A stretch of 59,614 nt of DNA, filler included, from Sphacelaria rigidula (lineage: Eukaryota), in the NCBI GenBank assembly GCA_964200075.2. It is 10 parts of 10 records of this genome, joined end to end, with 100 filler letters (N's around TTAATTAATTAA, not from the genome) between each part and the next. Parts side by side here need not be neighbours in the genome. Positions count along the whole stretch, not along the records: positions 11,945 to 17,816 come from CAXNAA020023830.1; positions 17,917 to 23,788 come from CAXNAA020023831.1; positions 23,889 to 29,760 come from CAXNAA020023832.1; 7 more parts are not named here. One strand, written 5' to 3'. The position numbers and the translations under genes were made by a program. Positions 11,945 to 24,148 of the stretch are shown piece after piece. Positions within the stretch are counted from its first letter, which is position 1. Every line of letters begins with the position of its first letter. Under the pieces are notes generated by a model, which was not told the DNA's origin, ran no database searches, and was given only the letters and a program-made list of their open reading frames with translations.

Positions 11945-14426
11945 GTAAGATCTAGTACGCTGCAGACCGCACGTGCAGCCGCGGCACGGTACACTACAGA
12001 CTGCGCACCCAAAATATGAGGCGTAATAATCTGGTGGTCGACAACCACAACACCGTCTGTGTTATCACGCAACGATGTACCTCTTATGCACTCCCGGTCC
12101 CTTCCGCCGTAGAGTAGGCGCTTTGAGTTGTGACAAAGGAATGATTCTGAACCAAAAAAAGTGTAGTGTCCACCTCAGTTTATCAGCGGGGGGGTCGCTG
12201 TCTAAGGGTTAACTCTAAAATCAAGTGGTCCAACCATTTTACGACAAATGCGCAAGCTATACTGTAAGTGTACTGACTCAAATGGAGTGCTTTGCGGCTA
12301 AAAATATTGACCCTTGTAAAGGCAGGCGCCTACAGATGGGACAACTCTGTCTTGTCGTCATCGAGTGCACTATGAGGCCGATTCCACAGCTGGACAACTT
12401 GTGGGCGTTTGGTAAGCTACTTCTTTGTTATATTCGTGCTATCCTGCAGCTGTACGGCCCGAGGCAGAACGAGTGGGTTGGAGCCCTCTATGTTGACGCA
12501 GAGGGTGTCATGCCCTGCGGCTGCTGCTGCTGCAGAGATATATGGAATACATGATCCCCTACTGGCAGAAGACTGAAGGGGAGGAAGTGTATACACCAGT
12601 GGTAATATACAGCATATACCTCGCGAATGTTTTACCGGCACCGACACTGGAACAGATGAAAAGACGACGGTGAGTTATGGGGCAGCACGTATGGACGGAT
12701 CTGGGACCCACGCCAACCGTACTTCTTCGTGAAGCGGTACAACCAGCGGTGTTCAACATGCGCTTTTGCTCTCTACAAGTGGTACTGTGCTGATGTGCCG
12801 TACGACCACGACATGTAGTTCATGATGTGTTTCAGTCGCCACGTTGCCTCTACAACGAGATGTTCTGCAGCCACTTTGATGATCTCATATCTAGATTGCT
12901 GTATCTCACATGCTCCACCGCCCACAATCGAGCTACGGAACTGCAGAGTGCTGACCCACCTTCGGCTCGGTGTTTGTACTGCATACACACTATAATGGTC
13001 ATGCGAGCGGTGGGATTTTTTGCTTTGGACGATCTCAAGCGTAAAATCTCGAAACCCGGTTGTTTCGACACGATTCTACTGGCTCTATGGAGGACATCGC
13101 CAACAGCACTCTTGGTACCTACGCCACCCTCACCCTGAGACTTGAGCTACCACATGAACGCACTAGCCAAATGGAGTAAGCACTGCCTCACCGCCTTCAA
13201 CTGAGCCGTACTGCGATGTTGCAGCAGCCTCTAATTCATTCCCAGTGCGCTCAAGGCACCACCATACCTGTCGTTGAATGTTGGCGTGGCTCCGCCGACC
13301 GAAAGAGTCCATCCAGGTGCGCCTCGGTGAGTATACATTCGTAACAAGTGATCGGGTCACCTTGGGGGGCAGTATTGCCCCGAGAAACACCCACAGACCG
13401 CGCTTCATCGCCGAATAGGTGTGATCATGCTCGCCGCTGTGAGTAAAATAACCTGTGTTTTTTACATTCACTTTAGGTTTTTCTCAGATCCGTGTTGGGT
13501 ACACTCGACAAAGCCCAGAGAGGCATTTAGCATGAACACAAAGCACATAAACCATCGAGCAGCGAGTGTAATATGTATGTAGGCACTGCTTGTACAGATA
13601 ATGATATCCATATAACAAAATCAAAAGTGCGCTTGGAGCGACAATACAGGCAAAAAATTAGGGACGCCAACTCCATCGAAAAAGTGTCGTACTCCAGTAT
13701 CCATCGGCAACGCTGCGCCGTGTGTGCGTGTATCGGGACGGTCGAGGGCGCCCCTGCTCGAGAAGCACATGGCCACCCGTGGAACGCAAGGGACTTATAG
13801 AGTTTTCTATACCAAATGGCATATGCGTTTGCGACTGCACTGCCGTGGAGCATGAATCAGACATGAGAGTGCTGATTACTTCGCCATGTGCGTTCTCTCG
13901 GGTGCGCTCGTATGAATGATTGATTACCTGCACGAACATATTTATACGCTCGAGAGCATGATCTCCATGCTGCGGTGATTACACGGAGGGGAGGGCTGTC
14001 CTCGGACGTGGAAAAAATTCTTATACCCGGCGGGCGCTAGGAACAGCGCGCGAACGCTTCTACTACATTTGCCCCCCGCTCCCAAGCTCAGACAACATCG
14101 AAGCATTGTATTATTCAACGGCATTAACCATGAAGAGAGAGGGGGGGGGGGGGGGGAGAGGGAGAGAGAGGCGCCCAAAGAGAGAGGTTGGGGGCGCTAG
14201 AAGCAGAGAGCACGGGGCCCGCGGNNNNNNNNNNCCCCCCCACAGACGCAACACACACAACGAGAATTTAGGAGAAGGGGGGGGGAGAGGGGGGAGGGGG
14301 GGGGGGGGGGGGGGGGGGAGAGAGAGAGAGATGCGCACATAATGAGATGTTGCTGGCTCTAGCATCAAGCACATCTCGGTCCGCAGGATGTTATCGTGTC
14401 TTCGGCTAAGAGCGTAGTCATAGGGT

Positions 14427-15908
14427 ATGGGCCGAGGACCCGACGAGGCTGCCCACATTGAAGAGACGGGTACCTTCCTTCGATCGCAATCCACGCAAAC
14501 AATCTCGCGTAGTCGACGAACACGACAACGTTCACAACAGCGTCACCACGAGCCTCGACAACCTGCCTGCCGCGGTGGCACTCTAGAGAAGTGTCGCTTC
14601 CCCGGGAACCGCAGACGTGGAACTTCATCACTCCCACCTACAGCGTATCTCAAAGTGGCCCCCGCCGCCTTCGCGTCGCCATTGCAACGGTACATCGAGC
14701 AGCACGCGTCGTCCCACGCCCGGCGACAATACGACGGCCACGGTCTGGCAGGTTCGTCACCGACGACAAATACGCACGCCTGCTCCAGTAGCTCCCCGGA
14801 ATTGAGCGCATGTACGCGACAACAACAGTGGCTGGGAGCGACGAAGAGCTCAGTAGCAGAATGTGATGGAGTTGAGAAGAGAAGGTCCCCGAGAAGACGA
14901 GCGACAAAAGGGACAAAGGTGAAAGGGAAAGGGACGGCACCGGCAAAGCCATGCAACAACCTACTCCAGACGGCACAGTCACCACCAGGGATTGCCAGCG
15001 GTAGCATCTCCTTGTGTTTCTCTGTGTCGCAAGAAAACCGCGCCATTACCACCTCCGCCGCACAAACCTTTGGAGGGAAATCGCAACTTCTGTGCTGTGT
15101 ACCCACACCGCTGGGAATACTCAGGCCTGTAGGTCCTAGTCCGCGGACCGGGGAAGATTTTCCTCCTGATATTGCGGATGCTCGACAGCGGCCTCGGACG
15201 AGACGTTGTAATCACTCATCATGTGAGGGGTTAGCGACTGGAAAAGAATGCGACGACTGTGTCATGGAGGATACACGGAGTGTTTTAACGGGTGCGCTGC
15301 TGTCGGACCGACACCGTCTTTCAGTGCACTCCAAAGTCGACGGGGGAAAGGGTGGTCATGATGGAGAGTCATTGTGTGTCAGGTGGAGTCAGGCAAGGGG
15401 CGACGGCGCAGACTATACTGTTGATAGTAGTCAAACGAATAGAAGTGCTGTTGGCAGCGGGGGCGACTGGTTTGGGTGTGGGAAACACCGAGATCTTGAA
15501 CCGCCGACACCAGATTTCCTGCCCGGCATTTCACGAGAGATGTTCGGAGAAGATTACTCCCACTTTGGCGCCATCGGCCCAAGCCCGATATTAGTCGATG
15601 GGCGCGAAAATAGGCGTAACGTTACCAGCAGTCAACGCATCAGACCTCGACCATTTTCAGCGCAGTCAAGTCGTGGAAGCGCTGCTGCTAAGAGACCGGT
15701 GGCTGCTGCTGGAAGTCCTCGCTGCCGCTTCGCCTGGGACTGGTTGACGGGGAGAAGAATTTACCGACCTCATCGCCAGGGACGATGTGCTTCTAGTAAG
15801 CATTACCCCGTACAGAACAGACGAACGTTCGGAAACATGAGGACACATCAGCAGCTGGAGGCGAGTACATCGACGAAAAGGATGGAGTTTTCTTGCCGCT
15901 CTTCTTAG
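14427..15908 (+). CDS. Long low-complexity S/R/G-rich ORF, probably a large exon of an unknown (possibly disrupted) gene
   Basis: 493-codon stop-free frame, followed by further same-strand protein-like frames at 16026-16362 and 16359-16796; no recognisable domain. Confidence 0.4.
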   Translation: MGRGPDEAAHIEETGTFLRSQSTQTISRSRRTRQRSQQRHHEPRQPACRGGTLEKCRFPGNRRRGTSSLPPTAYLKVAPAAFASPLQRYIEQHASSHARRQYDGHGLAGSSPTTNTHACSSSSPELSACTRQQQWLGATKSSVAECDGVEKRRSPRRRATKGTKVKGKGTAPAKPCNNLLQTAQSPPGIASGSISLCFSVSQENRAITTSAAQTFGGKSQLLCCVPTPLGILRPVGPSPRTGEDFPPDIADARQRPRTRRCNHSSCEGLATGKECDDCVMEDTRSVLTGALLSDRHRLSVHSKVDGGKGGHDGESLCVRWSQARGDGADYTVDSSQTNRSAVGSGGDWFGCGKHRDLEPPTPDFLPGISREMFGEDYSHFGAIGPSPILVDGRENRRNVTSSQRIRPRPFSAQSSRGSAAAKRPVAAAGSPRCRFAWDWLTGRRIYRPHRQGRCASSKHYPVQNRRTFGNMRTHQQLEASTSTKRMEFSCRSS

Positions 15909-17696
15909 AAAGGACTCATGCTGTTTTTGTGCTCTCCACGAACACCTCGTTCTCACTTCCTACCTTCGACAGTTTTGTATCATTATCAACCACCGTCTCG
16001 TGAGGAGCACCGAAATCTTTGAGGCATGTCGGAAAAGGTAGCGCAGAGCAACAACCCTCCCCTCCTGCTGAAGTACCCTCCTGAGGTATACGAGGCATGC
16101 TTGCGCATCATCTTCGGGCAAGCCGTTTCAACTAGCTGCCTACTAAAGCCCCCCTCCCCCCCCCCCATTGAACGTCTCACATGGACTCGACGAGGAGACC
16201 TTTGGCGACATACTTTTGATACGTGTACGATGTTCTCGTATGCTATACCCCTCGGTCGTTGAGCGACTCAGGCGGGCCGCCGGAGGAGACCTTGGTCGGC
16301 GGGGAATGACACTCGGTCAAACAGGATTGATCACGGTGTTGCAGCAGCTAGAAGCGACTTGAACAGCGCACGGCCGGCGAAGGAGGAAGCGTGCGATGAA
16401 GTTCCTTCACCCACTTCCTGTATTTCAAAAACAGGCACACGCTCACATGATGCTGCTTTAGGAGAAGATGGCCAGCCTTCAGGAGCGGACACAGGAAATC
16501 CCGAGCTGGAAAATGATGACGCTCTCCTTACGACAATTGTCGCATCAGCTGATGTACTGAACAACAGCGGTGGAGGTCTAACCAACCCTGCTGACTTTGT
16601 TGGGCATCAACGAGAGGATGATAGTCCAGGACGGCATCGGAGCGATGCAATTAGCGTGGGTAGACGGGATGATAGCGATCCCCAGTCGGGTCAGGAAGAG
16701 CTATGTTCCTTGCAGATCGACCACATCGTAGTTGATGTGAGTAGTGATATATGCGCAAATACCTCGTGTGCACAGGTCGCGGGGGGGATTATGTAGTTGC
16801 AACCGCAACCGTAGTGGGTGCTCACTTCTTCGTAGCAAACATCCACCATTCAAGCTGCAGCTTTTCTGAGGATACTGTTTGCTACCAGTGTCCCTAACCG
16901 GAAACTGCAGCATGACGCCTTGCTCCCTCACTAGTGGCTATCTCCCGTTGTGGGTCGGTTCGTCGCCGAGTAGCTTGGTTAGATTGCGTACATGTGTCTA
17001 CACGTCTGCATGGGGACGCATGCTCCGGAATAAACGCCAAAAAAGAAAGGACGATCGTGGTGCCAACGTTTAGGCATTGGGCCGATGCTCGCGATAATGT
17101 TCAGACTTCACTTCATGGTATATCCTCCCAATTGCGACCCAGAACCTGTATACCCCTGTTCGTCTTGATTCGGAAATTTGTTGACAGGGTATTGAATTTG
17201 CGGCGGAGGGATCCACTGCCGATCCGTTCGTTGTCTTCCGGGTGGGCCATCAAAAGACTGCCTCGCGGCGTGTTGAGGACGTGGCAGGAGGCAAAGGAGG
17301 ATGTTGCAGCTGGCCCCCGGAAACTCTCACCGTGAAGGGAATTGCTCTGAGAGATCTGCTCACGGCGGGATTGGAGGTTTGCCAGGGTGTTGTATAGCCG
17401 AAGCGCCGTTTAACTAGAGTTGATCGGCGGGCGTACCACGGGTTCCAACGTGCTTGCTACCTGGCGCGCCCACGACGCGCGCCGCATAGGAAGGTGATCA
17501 TTTGTGGTGTGAATGAACAATGATGGTTCTTCTGTCGACTCCTACGACCTCGCCGAAGCGACCGTTGTCGGCAGACGGGCTAGATAATCTGGCAATCACG
17601 TCTAGCGAATTCCGGTAAAGTCACAAACCCAAGACCCGAGAAACCACGAATGCCCCTGGCTAGATTGTTATTCCTGCCATTAACCCCCGCCCCCGG

Positions 17697-17816
17697 TTAG
17701 ACATCCATGAGGCAGTGTAAAAGCTATAGCTGTCTCTGGATGTGGCGATACCACAGAATAAAGCAACTCATTGTAGGCTGTCATCCAAATGCAAGATAAT
17801 CAGTAGGCTTCGGGCC
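17697..17816 (-). repeat. Repeat family A fragment at contig end
   Basis: AGACATCCATGAGGCAGTGTAA..GGCTGTCATCCAAATGCAAGATAATCAG is the reverse complement of part of 6115-6235. Confidence 0.85.
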
Positions 17817-17916
17817 NNNNNNNNNNNNNNNNNNNNNNNNNNNNNNNNNNNNNNNNNNNNTTAATTAATTAANNNNNNNNNNNNNNNNNNNNNNNNNNNN
17901 NNNNNNNNNNNNNNNN
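17817..17916. other. Artificial contig spacer
   Basis: 44 N + TTAATTAATTAA + 44 N. Confidence 0.98.
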
Positions 17917-17979
17917 TACTCATTTGTTGCTTGCCTTAGTCATTTGACCATTGACCACGCATCCCTTTCGAGACGGAGC
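17917..17979 (+). repeat. Repeat family A' (shares terminus with family A)
   Basis: TACTCATTTGTTG..TTGACCATTGACCACGCATCCCTTTCGAGACGGAG; reverse copy at 51429-51506. Confidence 0.8.
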
Positions 17980-18414
17980 AAGATACACGGAGGGGGGGGG
18001 GGGTTACATACGTTAGCTCGGATGAACACTTCGCGGCCGATGGTTCAAAACAGATCTGACCAAAACGAAGCACATCACACTCAGCTAGTTCAACAGGTAC
18101 GGCTACAGCTACGTAATATTATTTAACGGGAGGGTAGTGGGGCTTTCAGACAGCTACTTATGCTGCTACGAAAAAAACGATGTAAAATACACAACCTCTT
18201 TCTGGTCATTTTCACACAGATTCATTCAACACCGCTTGACTGTGGGATATACCGTCCAGTAGAGTCCACCACTTGGTCGATTAGAACCTTCCCGGGATTT
18301 TATTGCTTGATTTCAGTGTTTACACCGATATTCGGATCTTTAGCGGGGCTGACAGCCCCAACTGCCCCTCGCGTGCGCAGAACGCGTTTTCGTCAAAATC
18401 GGCGCCTGCGGCGT

Positions 18415-18456
18415 CGTTTTCAGGTCCGCCAACGCCACACTTTGCCTAGGGAACGC
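18415..18456 (+). repeat. Repeat family C fragment
   Basis: AGGTCCGCCAACGCCACACTTTGCCTAGGGAAC is similar to the copies at 21072, 41803 and 44197. Confidence 0.55.
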
Positions 18457-19984
18457 TCGTTATTTAAAAATATATGTTCCCGATAAACTTCTTCATCGAC
18501 GAAGTAGTCAACACACCTCGTTTCGTGTGATAAAAATTCATCAGAGAAGTGAAAATTCTCAACGGACTGCACTTCTCAGACTTGTGTTCGAGAAATGCCC
18601 TCCACTCCTCAAACTGGATCAGAATTTTTGAAGAAAACGACGCGGCCGACCAGGCCCCCGTACGCACAACCAGAGACATGGATCCAGACCCTGGAGAGGG
18701 TACAGAATATTCGGATACGACGAAGAGCTCACCATGGCAGTTGGGCCGGTCATGCTGCATTAACGCCACATGTCAACCGTGCTGAGTCGGTTGTCATTCA
18801 GGATCATGACGCTCAAGACTCATCAGGTGCTGTCTGTGACGGTATTTCCGAAGAAGCGAAGGAGCAAAAGCGGACTTGCCGCTGAAAGCCCAGGCCAGAC
18901 TACAACGACCCGGGGCAGGGGAGGATACTGCAGGATTAACTTTCTCATCCCACTGAGTATCATATCAATCCATGACCACGTCAAAGCGATACCTCGGGAA
19001 ATCTCGCCTGTCCCCTGATTTGCAAAACCGTCACCCCACAAGAGGAATTTTTGGGGGGGAAAAACTAGTCGAAAAAGAACTCGATAATGCTTTTTTCAAA
19101 CCAATCGATTATTCCAACTCGGGTAGAAGCGGTCTCAGATTTCGTACGGGGTTGGTGTTGGATTGCGTGCCACATCTTTTGCGTGCCACATCTTTTGCGT
19201 GCACCCCTGCGGTTTGCAAACCTACTGTACTCGTAGACCAGCCTGTAACTCCGAAGATATTTCCAATCGGTTTGCGAAAATTCACGGTGAGAAGAGCGGT
19301 TTTTTGGCGAGCATATCCACCATCAAGTAGACCACTTTCTCCTTGTTTTGCCGGGTTCAGCGCATTACATAACCCCTCAAAATCCCATGCTTAGATTTAT
19401 GACGAATATTACACGAGTAAAAATACAGCATTAGTGAAGTTGGATTTGGCAAGGGGGGGCATGGTTCGGCATGGGAGGCGCACAGTGCTTGCACGAACAT
19501 TCAACGTGACTTCAGCATTAACCTGCGCCTGAGAGACTTTACCCCAACTGAAAATTAGGGGCTAAACTCTCACCCGCAACGACACCCAAAATCTTGAAAC
19601 AGGTGGAAAGGCCATCCGCGACGGGTGATATCCACCGCGTCGACGGGGCTGCTATCATTTGTACCATTTTGCCCTGTTGAAGACTAATGCAGATGACCCT
19701 GACCATAAGTGAGATAGCATTAAAATAGTTAAATATTTTATTCGAAGCATCCATGAGCGGGAGGAAGCGGGAGAAACCCTTCCCCCGAAGACAAAACCAA
19801 TACATCTCCCATGCCCATGCTCCCACAGGGGGTGATATCAACCGTATTGGCCTGTAACTTACGAACGGCGATGCCCTCGAAGACGGGAGATGCACCATGA
19901 AGATCACATCCTACCCTGATGATTTAAAAATCCACCTTCTCCCACCCAGGGGATGAAACGGTTTTATCACCCCAAACACTCTCG

Positions 19985-20091
19985 ATTGCGAGCCTGGTCC
20001 GTCGAAAACCCGGCGTGCTCCGTCCTCGCTTTGAAGGCATGCGAGGTCAATGGTCTTGTGAAGACGGCATGCAAGATCATGGGTACACCCC
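19985..20091 (-). repeat. Repeat family A, truncated copy
   Basis: GAAAACCCGGCGTGCTCCGTCC..ATGCGAGGTCAATGGTC..GATCATGGGTACACCCC. Confidence 0.85.
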
Positions 20092-21071
20092 AAGATTTCG
20101 AAGGGGGTGTTACCTGATGTTTCGCCCAGTAGGATACGAAAGAACGATGCTCCTGGACGTGGGAAAGGTATCAGTACAACTGCTGTGCCATACTCCATTG
20201 AATGGCTGTACAACTTCATTTCTCCGACACCGTGATGAAATGATTGAATCTTCAGCTCAAAAACACCACGGGGGCTGCCACCTCCCGTTTGGCTCGTAAG
20301 GTACGAGCGACGATTCCCACCGGGAAAGGTATCACGAGAACGCTCGTACCCAACCCAACGGGTCAATGGCAACTCCTCACCTCAACACAACGGGGACGGA
20401 ATCAATATATCCCTTTCTCGAACATCCACACGAGGGGTGTCTTTCGATGTTTTGGCCAGTAGCCTATAAAGGACGATGCTCCTGGGGACGGGAGAGGTGT
20501 CACCATGATTGCTATGTTTTACCTAATTCATCCATGATAACGTCCCGCTCTTCATACTCAGGGATGCCATAATATCCTCCCCTCTCAAAACATGCTTGGG
20601 AAAATAGTATCTACCGTTTTGGCCCGTAACGTACAGATGGTCATGCCTGTCGGGACCGGAAATAATATCACTTCCACCTTACCCTACAGGCTGGTCCAGG
20701 GTGAACGCCCAGAATTCATGTCCCACTAGATACCACAAAACTGCCCCAATATAAGTATATTTGGTATCATAGTGACCGCCAGGAGCAAGCGAACAGTGTG
20801 ACATGGCCAGGTTTTTTCTAGCGTCCTTCGCCGTGGCGCTGCTGGTAAAAATGTTGCTCGGCCAATCAGGGGCTTCCAAATTATTCTGGAATAATAATAC
20901 GAATTTCCGACTCAATATGTCGGTAGACCTAAATCTTTGGGCGTGTATTTATGGTTGACAACTGACTACTGGATTTGAGAATTCAGAAAATTTCAAGAAA
21001 ATTCATGGTTTGGGGCAGGTGAGTAGTGGACCCAGCTCGTCCAGAACGTGTTTCAATCGAAATCGGCACCC

Positions 21072-21181
21072 GCGGCGTCGATTTGAGATCTACCAACGCA
21101 CATTGTGCCTGGGGGAACCTGTGCACCCCCCTTGCCCAAGAGTCTCATACGCCTTGGGTCGGGGTTAGGGTTGGGGTTAGT
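21072..21181 (+). repeat. Repeat family C with telomere-like GGGTTAGGGTT end
   Basis: GATTTGAGATCTACCAACGCAC..GCACCCCCCTTGCCC..GGGGTTAGGGTTGGGGTTAG. Confidence 0.75.
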
Positions 21182-22279
21182 TTGTTCGGAAAAATCAGCC
21201 ACAGATATACGCCCAAAGCTTTAGGCCGCCTCCAATTTGTATCCAGTCTCGTCATGAATCAAACCTCAGCAACCGCCATCAGCTAGGGAATCTGACGCAA
21301 AGACTGTATTTGAGAACGATTCGTACGGGATCGAGTTATACCCCAAAACGTTGCATTTCGGTAATGTGCGGTTTTGGCCTCGTCGGATTTCCACTGATAG
21401 TATGCATCGAAGACCCAGAAAGCCTCTTGACGCTTTCCCTTGCAACTTTGGTAGCGAAACTCCGATCATCCTCAAATTTCGCAGTTTGGTACATGTGGGT
21501 GCTACGAATGGGGTGAAAAATATTTCAAAGTCTTTTAGTATGTCCTCCGGGGGTCCCAGCGTGAAGACCCCAGAATCCGGTGCAGATTGCCTCAAAATAA
21601 GAAATCAAATGTGGTTCGTCCCGAGGTAGTCCAAGGGATGTTTTGCACCAAGTTTTGTTGCGTAACTCGAAAATCTGATACCAAACGGTCGATTTGAGCT
21701 CAATCGCACAAGGAAAACGTCGGTAGCATACGAGCTGGGCCAGCCTAAAAAAGGATTCAAGCTCTGAAAGCAATATCTCATCGACACAGACGAGTTGGGC
21801 CGTGACCGGTATATCGTATTAGTCGTCTAATCAAGGGGAAGGTGCCCATCTGTTCAAAATTTTGGGCCTTATCTCAATGTTTCCCGTGTCTAGTGATTCC
21901 TTTTCGTGTTTTCAGTGGAGTTTTGAGGAGAAATGTACATCACTCTTAGGCCTTATCTCAATGTTTTAGCTCAATTTTTAGAATTTTGATTTGAAAGTTA
22001 GAATGGAGGACCTCAAAAGAGTGTCGGATAAAAAATATATGGGCCTGCATTTTTTTTTCTTCATAGAGGTTAGGGCGTTCTCGTGAAGAAATGGTCTTCA
22101 CCGTGCTTAAAGCGCCCTCAACCAGTGGGAAAATGAATTAAAACAATCTGGATCACTGAGTTTTTCGACTATGCGCTGACGAGGGCCCACATAAAATTTC
22201 AATACACAACAACCAAACGTGGGCCGGTGAGTTGCCTGCGAAATACTGTTCCGAATTTCTACCGATCCGATTCTTAAAG

Positions 22280-22547
22280 GGCGAATGCGCCGGGCAATAT
22301 TTAGAGTTGGACGCTGAAATTTGGTATGGACAATGCATAGAGTATAATAAAAAATCGGGAAGAACCACCAGAAGTTTTTTTTTTCTCGTGAGTTAAGGGC
22401 AATAATTAGGTTTCAGGTTTCAGCAAAACGCCCCTAACTCATGAAAAAAAATCTTCTGGTGGTTCTTCCCGATTTTTTATTATGCTATATGCACTGTCCA
22501 TACCAAATTTCAGGGTCCAACTCCAAATTTTGCCCGGCGCATCCGCC
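22280..22547. mobile_element. Foldback/MITE-like inverted repeat (arms about 120 bp)
   Basis: GGCGAATGCGCCGGGCAA..AAAAAATCGGGAAGAACCACCAGAAG versus CTTCTGGTGGTTCTTCCCGATTTTTT..TTGCCCGGCGCATCCGCC. Confidence 0.85.
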
Positions 22548-23788
22548 TGCAAACTTTCATGCAGCCTCTAGGCTGGCCCAGCTCGTACAATAGTTAAGTA
22601 AGAAGGGGGATTCCGCGTATATTTGTATCCTTCAACGCACGTACGGGTGATTGCTCACGTCGTTTTTTTCGAGTCAAACCCTGAAATTTGCATGCGGGTG
22701 TTCTGAGATCTCTAGAAATGCTACACAAACGGGGTCTTCGAGACACCATCTCCTAGGACCCGGATATCCGGCGAAAGAATAAACCAAAAGACCCCAGGAA
22801 TACAGCCTTTTTAAATATCTCACCGCCATCGAAAGCAAAATTCCAGGGTCTATTTTGAAAAACGGCGTGAGTAGTCGTCGGGGAGTAAACTCTGCCCCTG
22901 CCCTGAAAATATGGGCCCTCAATCGTAAATTCTAGACGCGATGCACATTGCCCTCAGAAAATTTGCGGCCGGACGAGCCAAAATACACGGTGTCCGTAAT
23001 TATGGAGTTTCGGAAGATATTTTTTCTCATCGTAGAGTCAGAGTGCAGAGTTGAAGCGTTGAAACTTCGGAGTGGACGCTAAAAAGTTCAGAGCGGAAGC
23101 TGATGTGACGTGGCTTGATGTGGAGTTATTTTTTTCGCAGTGATTGGCTGCACGTTGTGCCGCCGCCAAATGTGCGATCGACCAGCGCGCAGTCCGAAAA
23201 TGCACAGGTCAGCACAGCATTGACTGTACCATACCCTGCGGCACCGTACGTACGTACAATACGCTTCATTGCACCTGCAGTACTTCAATCCACCACGGCG
23301 CACCACAGGGCATTGTAGTGCTGTAATGCTGTGCAGTGTAGAGTGCAGCCAGTGCAATACAGAGAGTGCAATGCAGAACCCTAAAACAGTACATTGCGGT
23401 ACGGTGAACTACAGCGATACTGTAGAGACAGTGGGTTGTAGACTAGTACAGCACACAAGTACGCAGCACTTTCAAACAGTCCGCTATGAACTATGAGGAG
23501 GTACAACGGTGTTCAGAGTGAACAGGTGCAAACGGCACTTTCACTCTGAAAAAAGGCACAGTACCCATACATGGGGATGATTTTGTAGTGAAATGAATTA
23601 TTTGCGCCAAGTACCATTATGGTCGAGCGGTCAAAATCGGCACCCGGCAAACATTGGGGACTCCTTTCAAAATAAACCGAAGAATTAAAACAAAAACATG
23701 GTACATCTCCTGTTTCACTGCACTGCAGCACAAATACACTCACGTCCGGTCTCATATGTGCTGTAGCTATCACTGTTCTATGGTGTGT

Positions 23789-23888
23789 NNNNNNNNNNNN
23801 NNNNNNNNNNNNNNNNNNNNNNNNNNNNNNNNTTAATTAATTAANNNNNNNNNNNNNNNNNNNNNNNNNNNNNNNNNNNNNNNNNNNN
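23789..23888. other. Artificial contig spacer
   Basis: 44 N + TTAATTAATTAA + 44 N. Confidence 0.98.
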
Positions 23889-23944
23889 ATTTTTTTCGTG
23901 ACACTTTTAGCTGGTTTTGGGGGGGGGCCATCGTAGAAAGTGTC
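23889..23944 (-). mobile_element. Terminus of the GACAC-TIR MITE family (second copy, at contig start)
   Basis: Reverse complement of 28773-28831. Confidence 0.85.
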
Positions 23945-24148
23945 AAATACTCAGTCGAGGAGGATCGGTCCTGAAAAGGTTGGTCATGAAAGGATTGTCG
24001 TTAATCGAAGCAACCGGAGTAATGAACAGTACGGGCAGCAGCGGGTTCAAAACGAATGTCTAAATTCCCGGCCAACCCGTACACACAATTAGTAACATGT
24101 GAGATCCCGACCAAAAGGGATGATGGTGATGCGATGCAGGGAAAGCCA

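Noticed and set aside
14140..14330. G-rich tract with Gly/Pro-rich ORFs
   Set aside because: Low-quality homopolymer sequence around a 10-N gap
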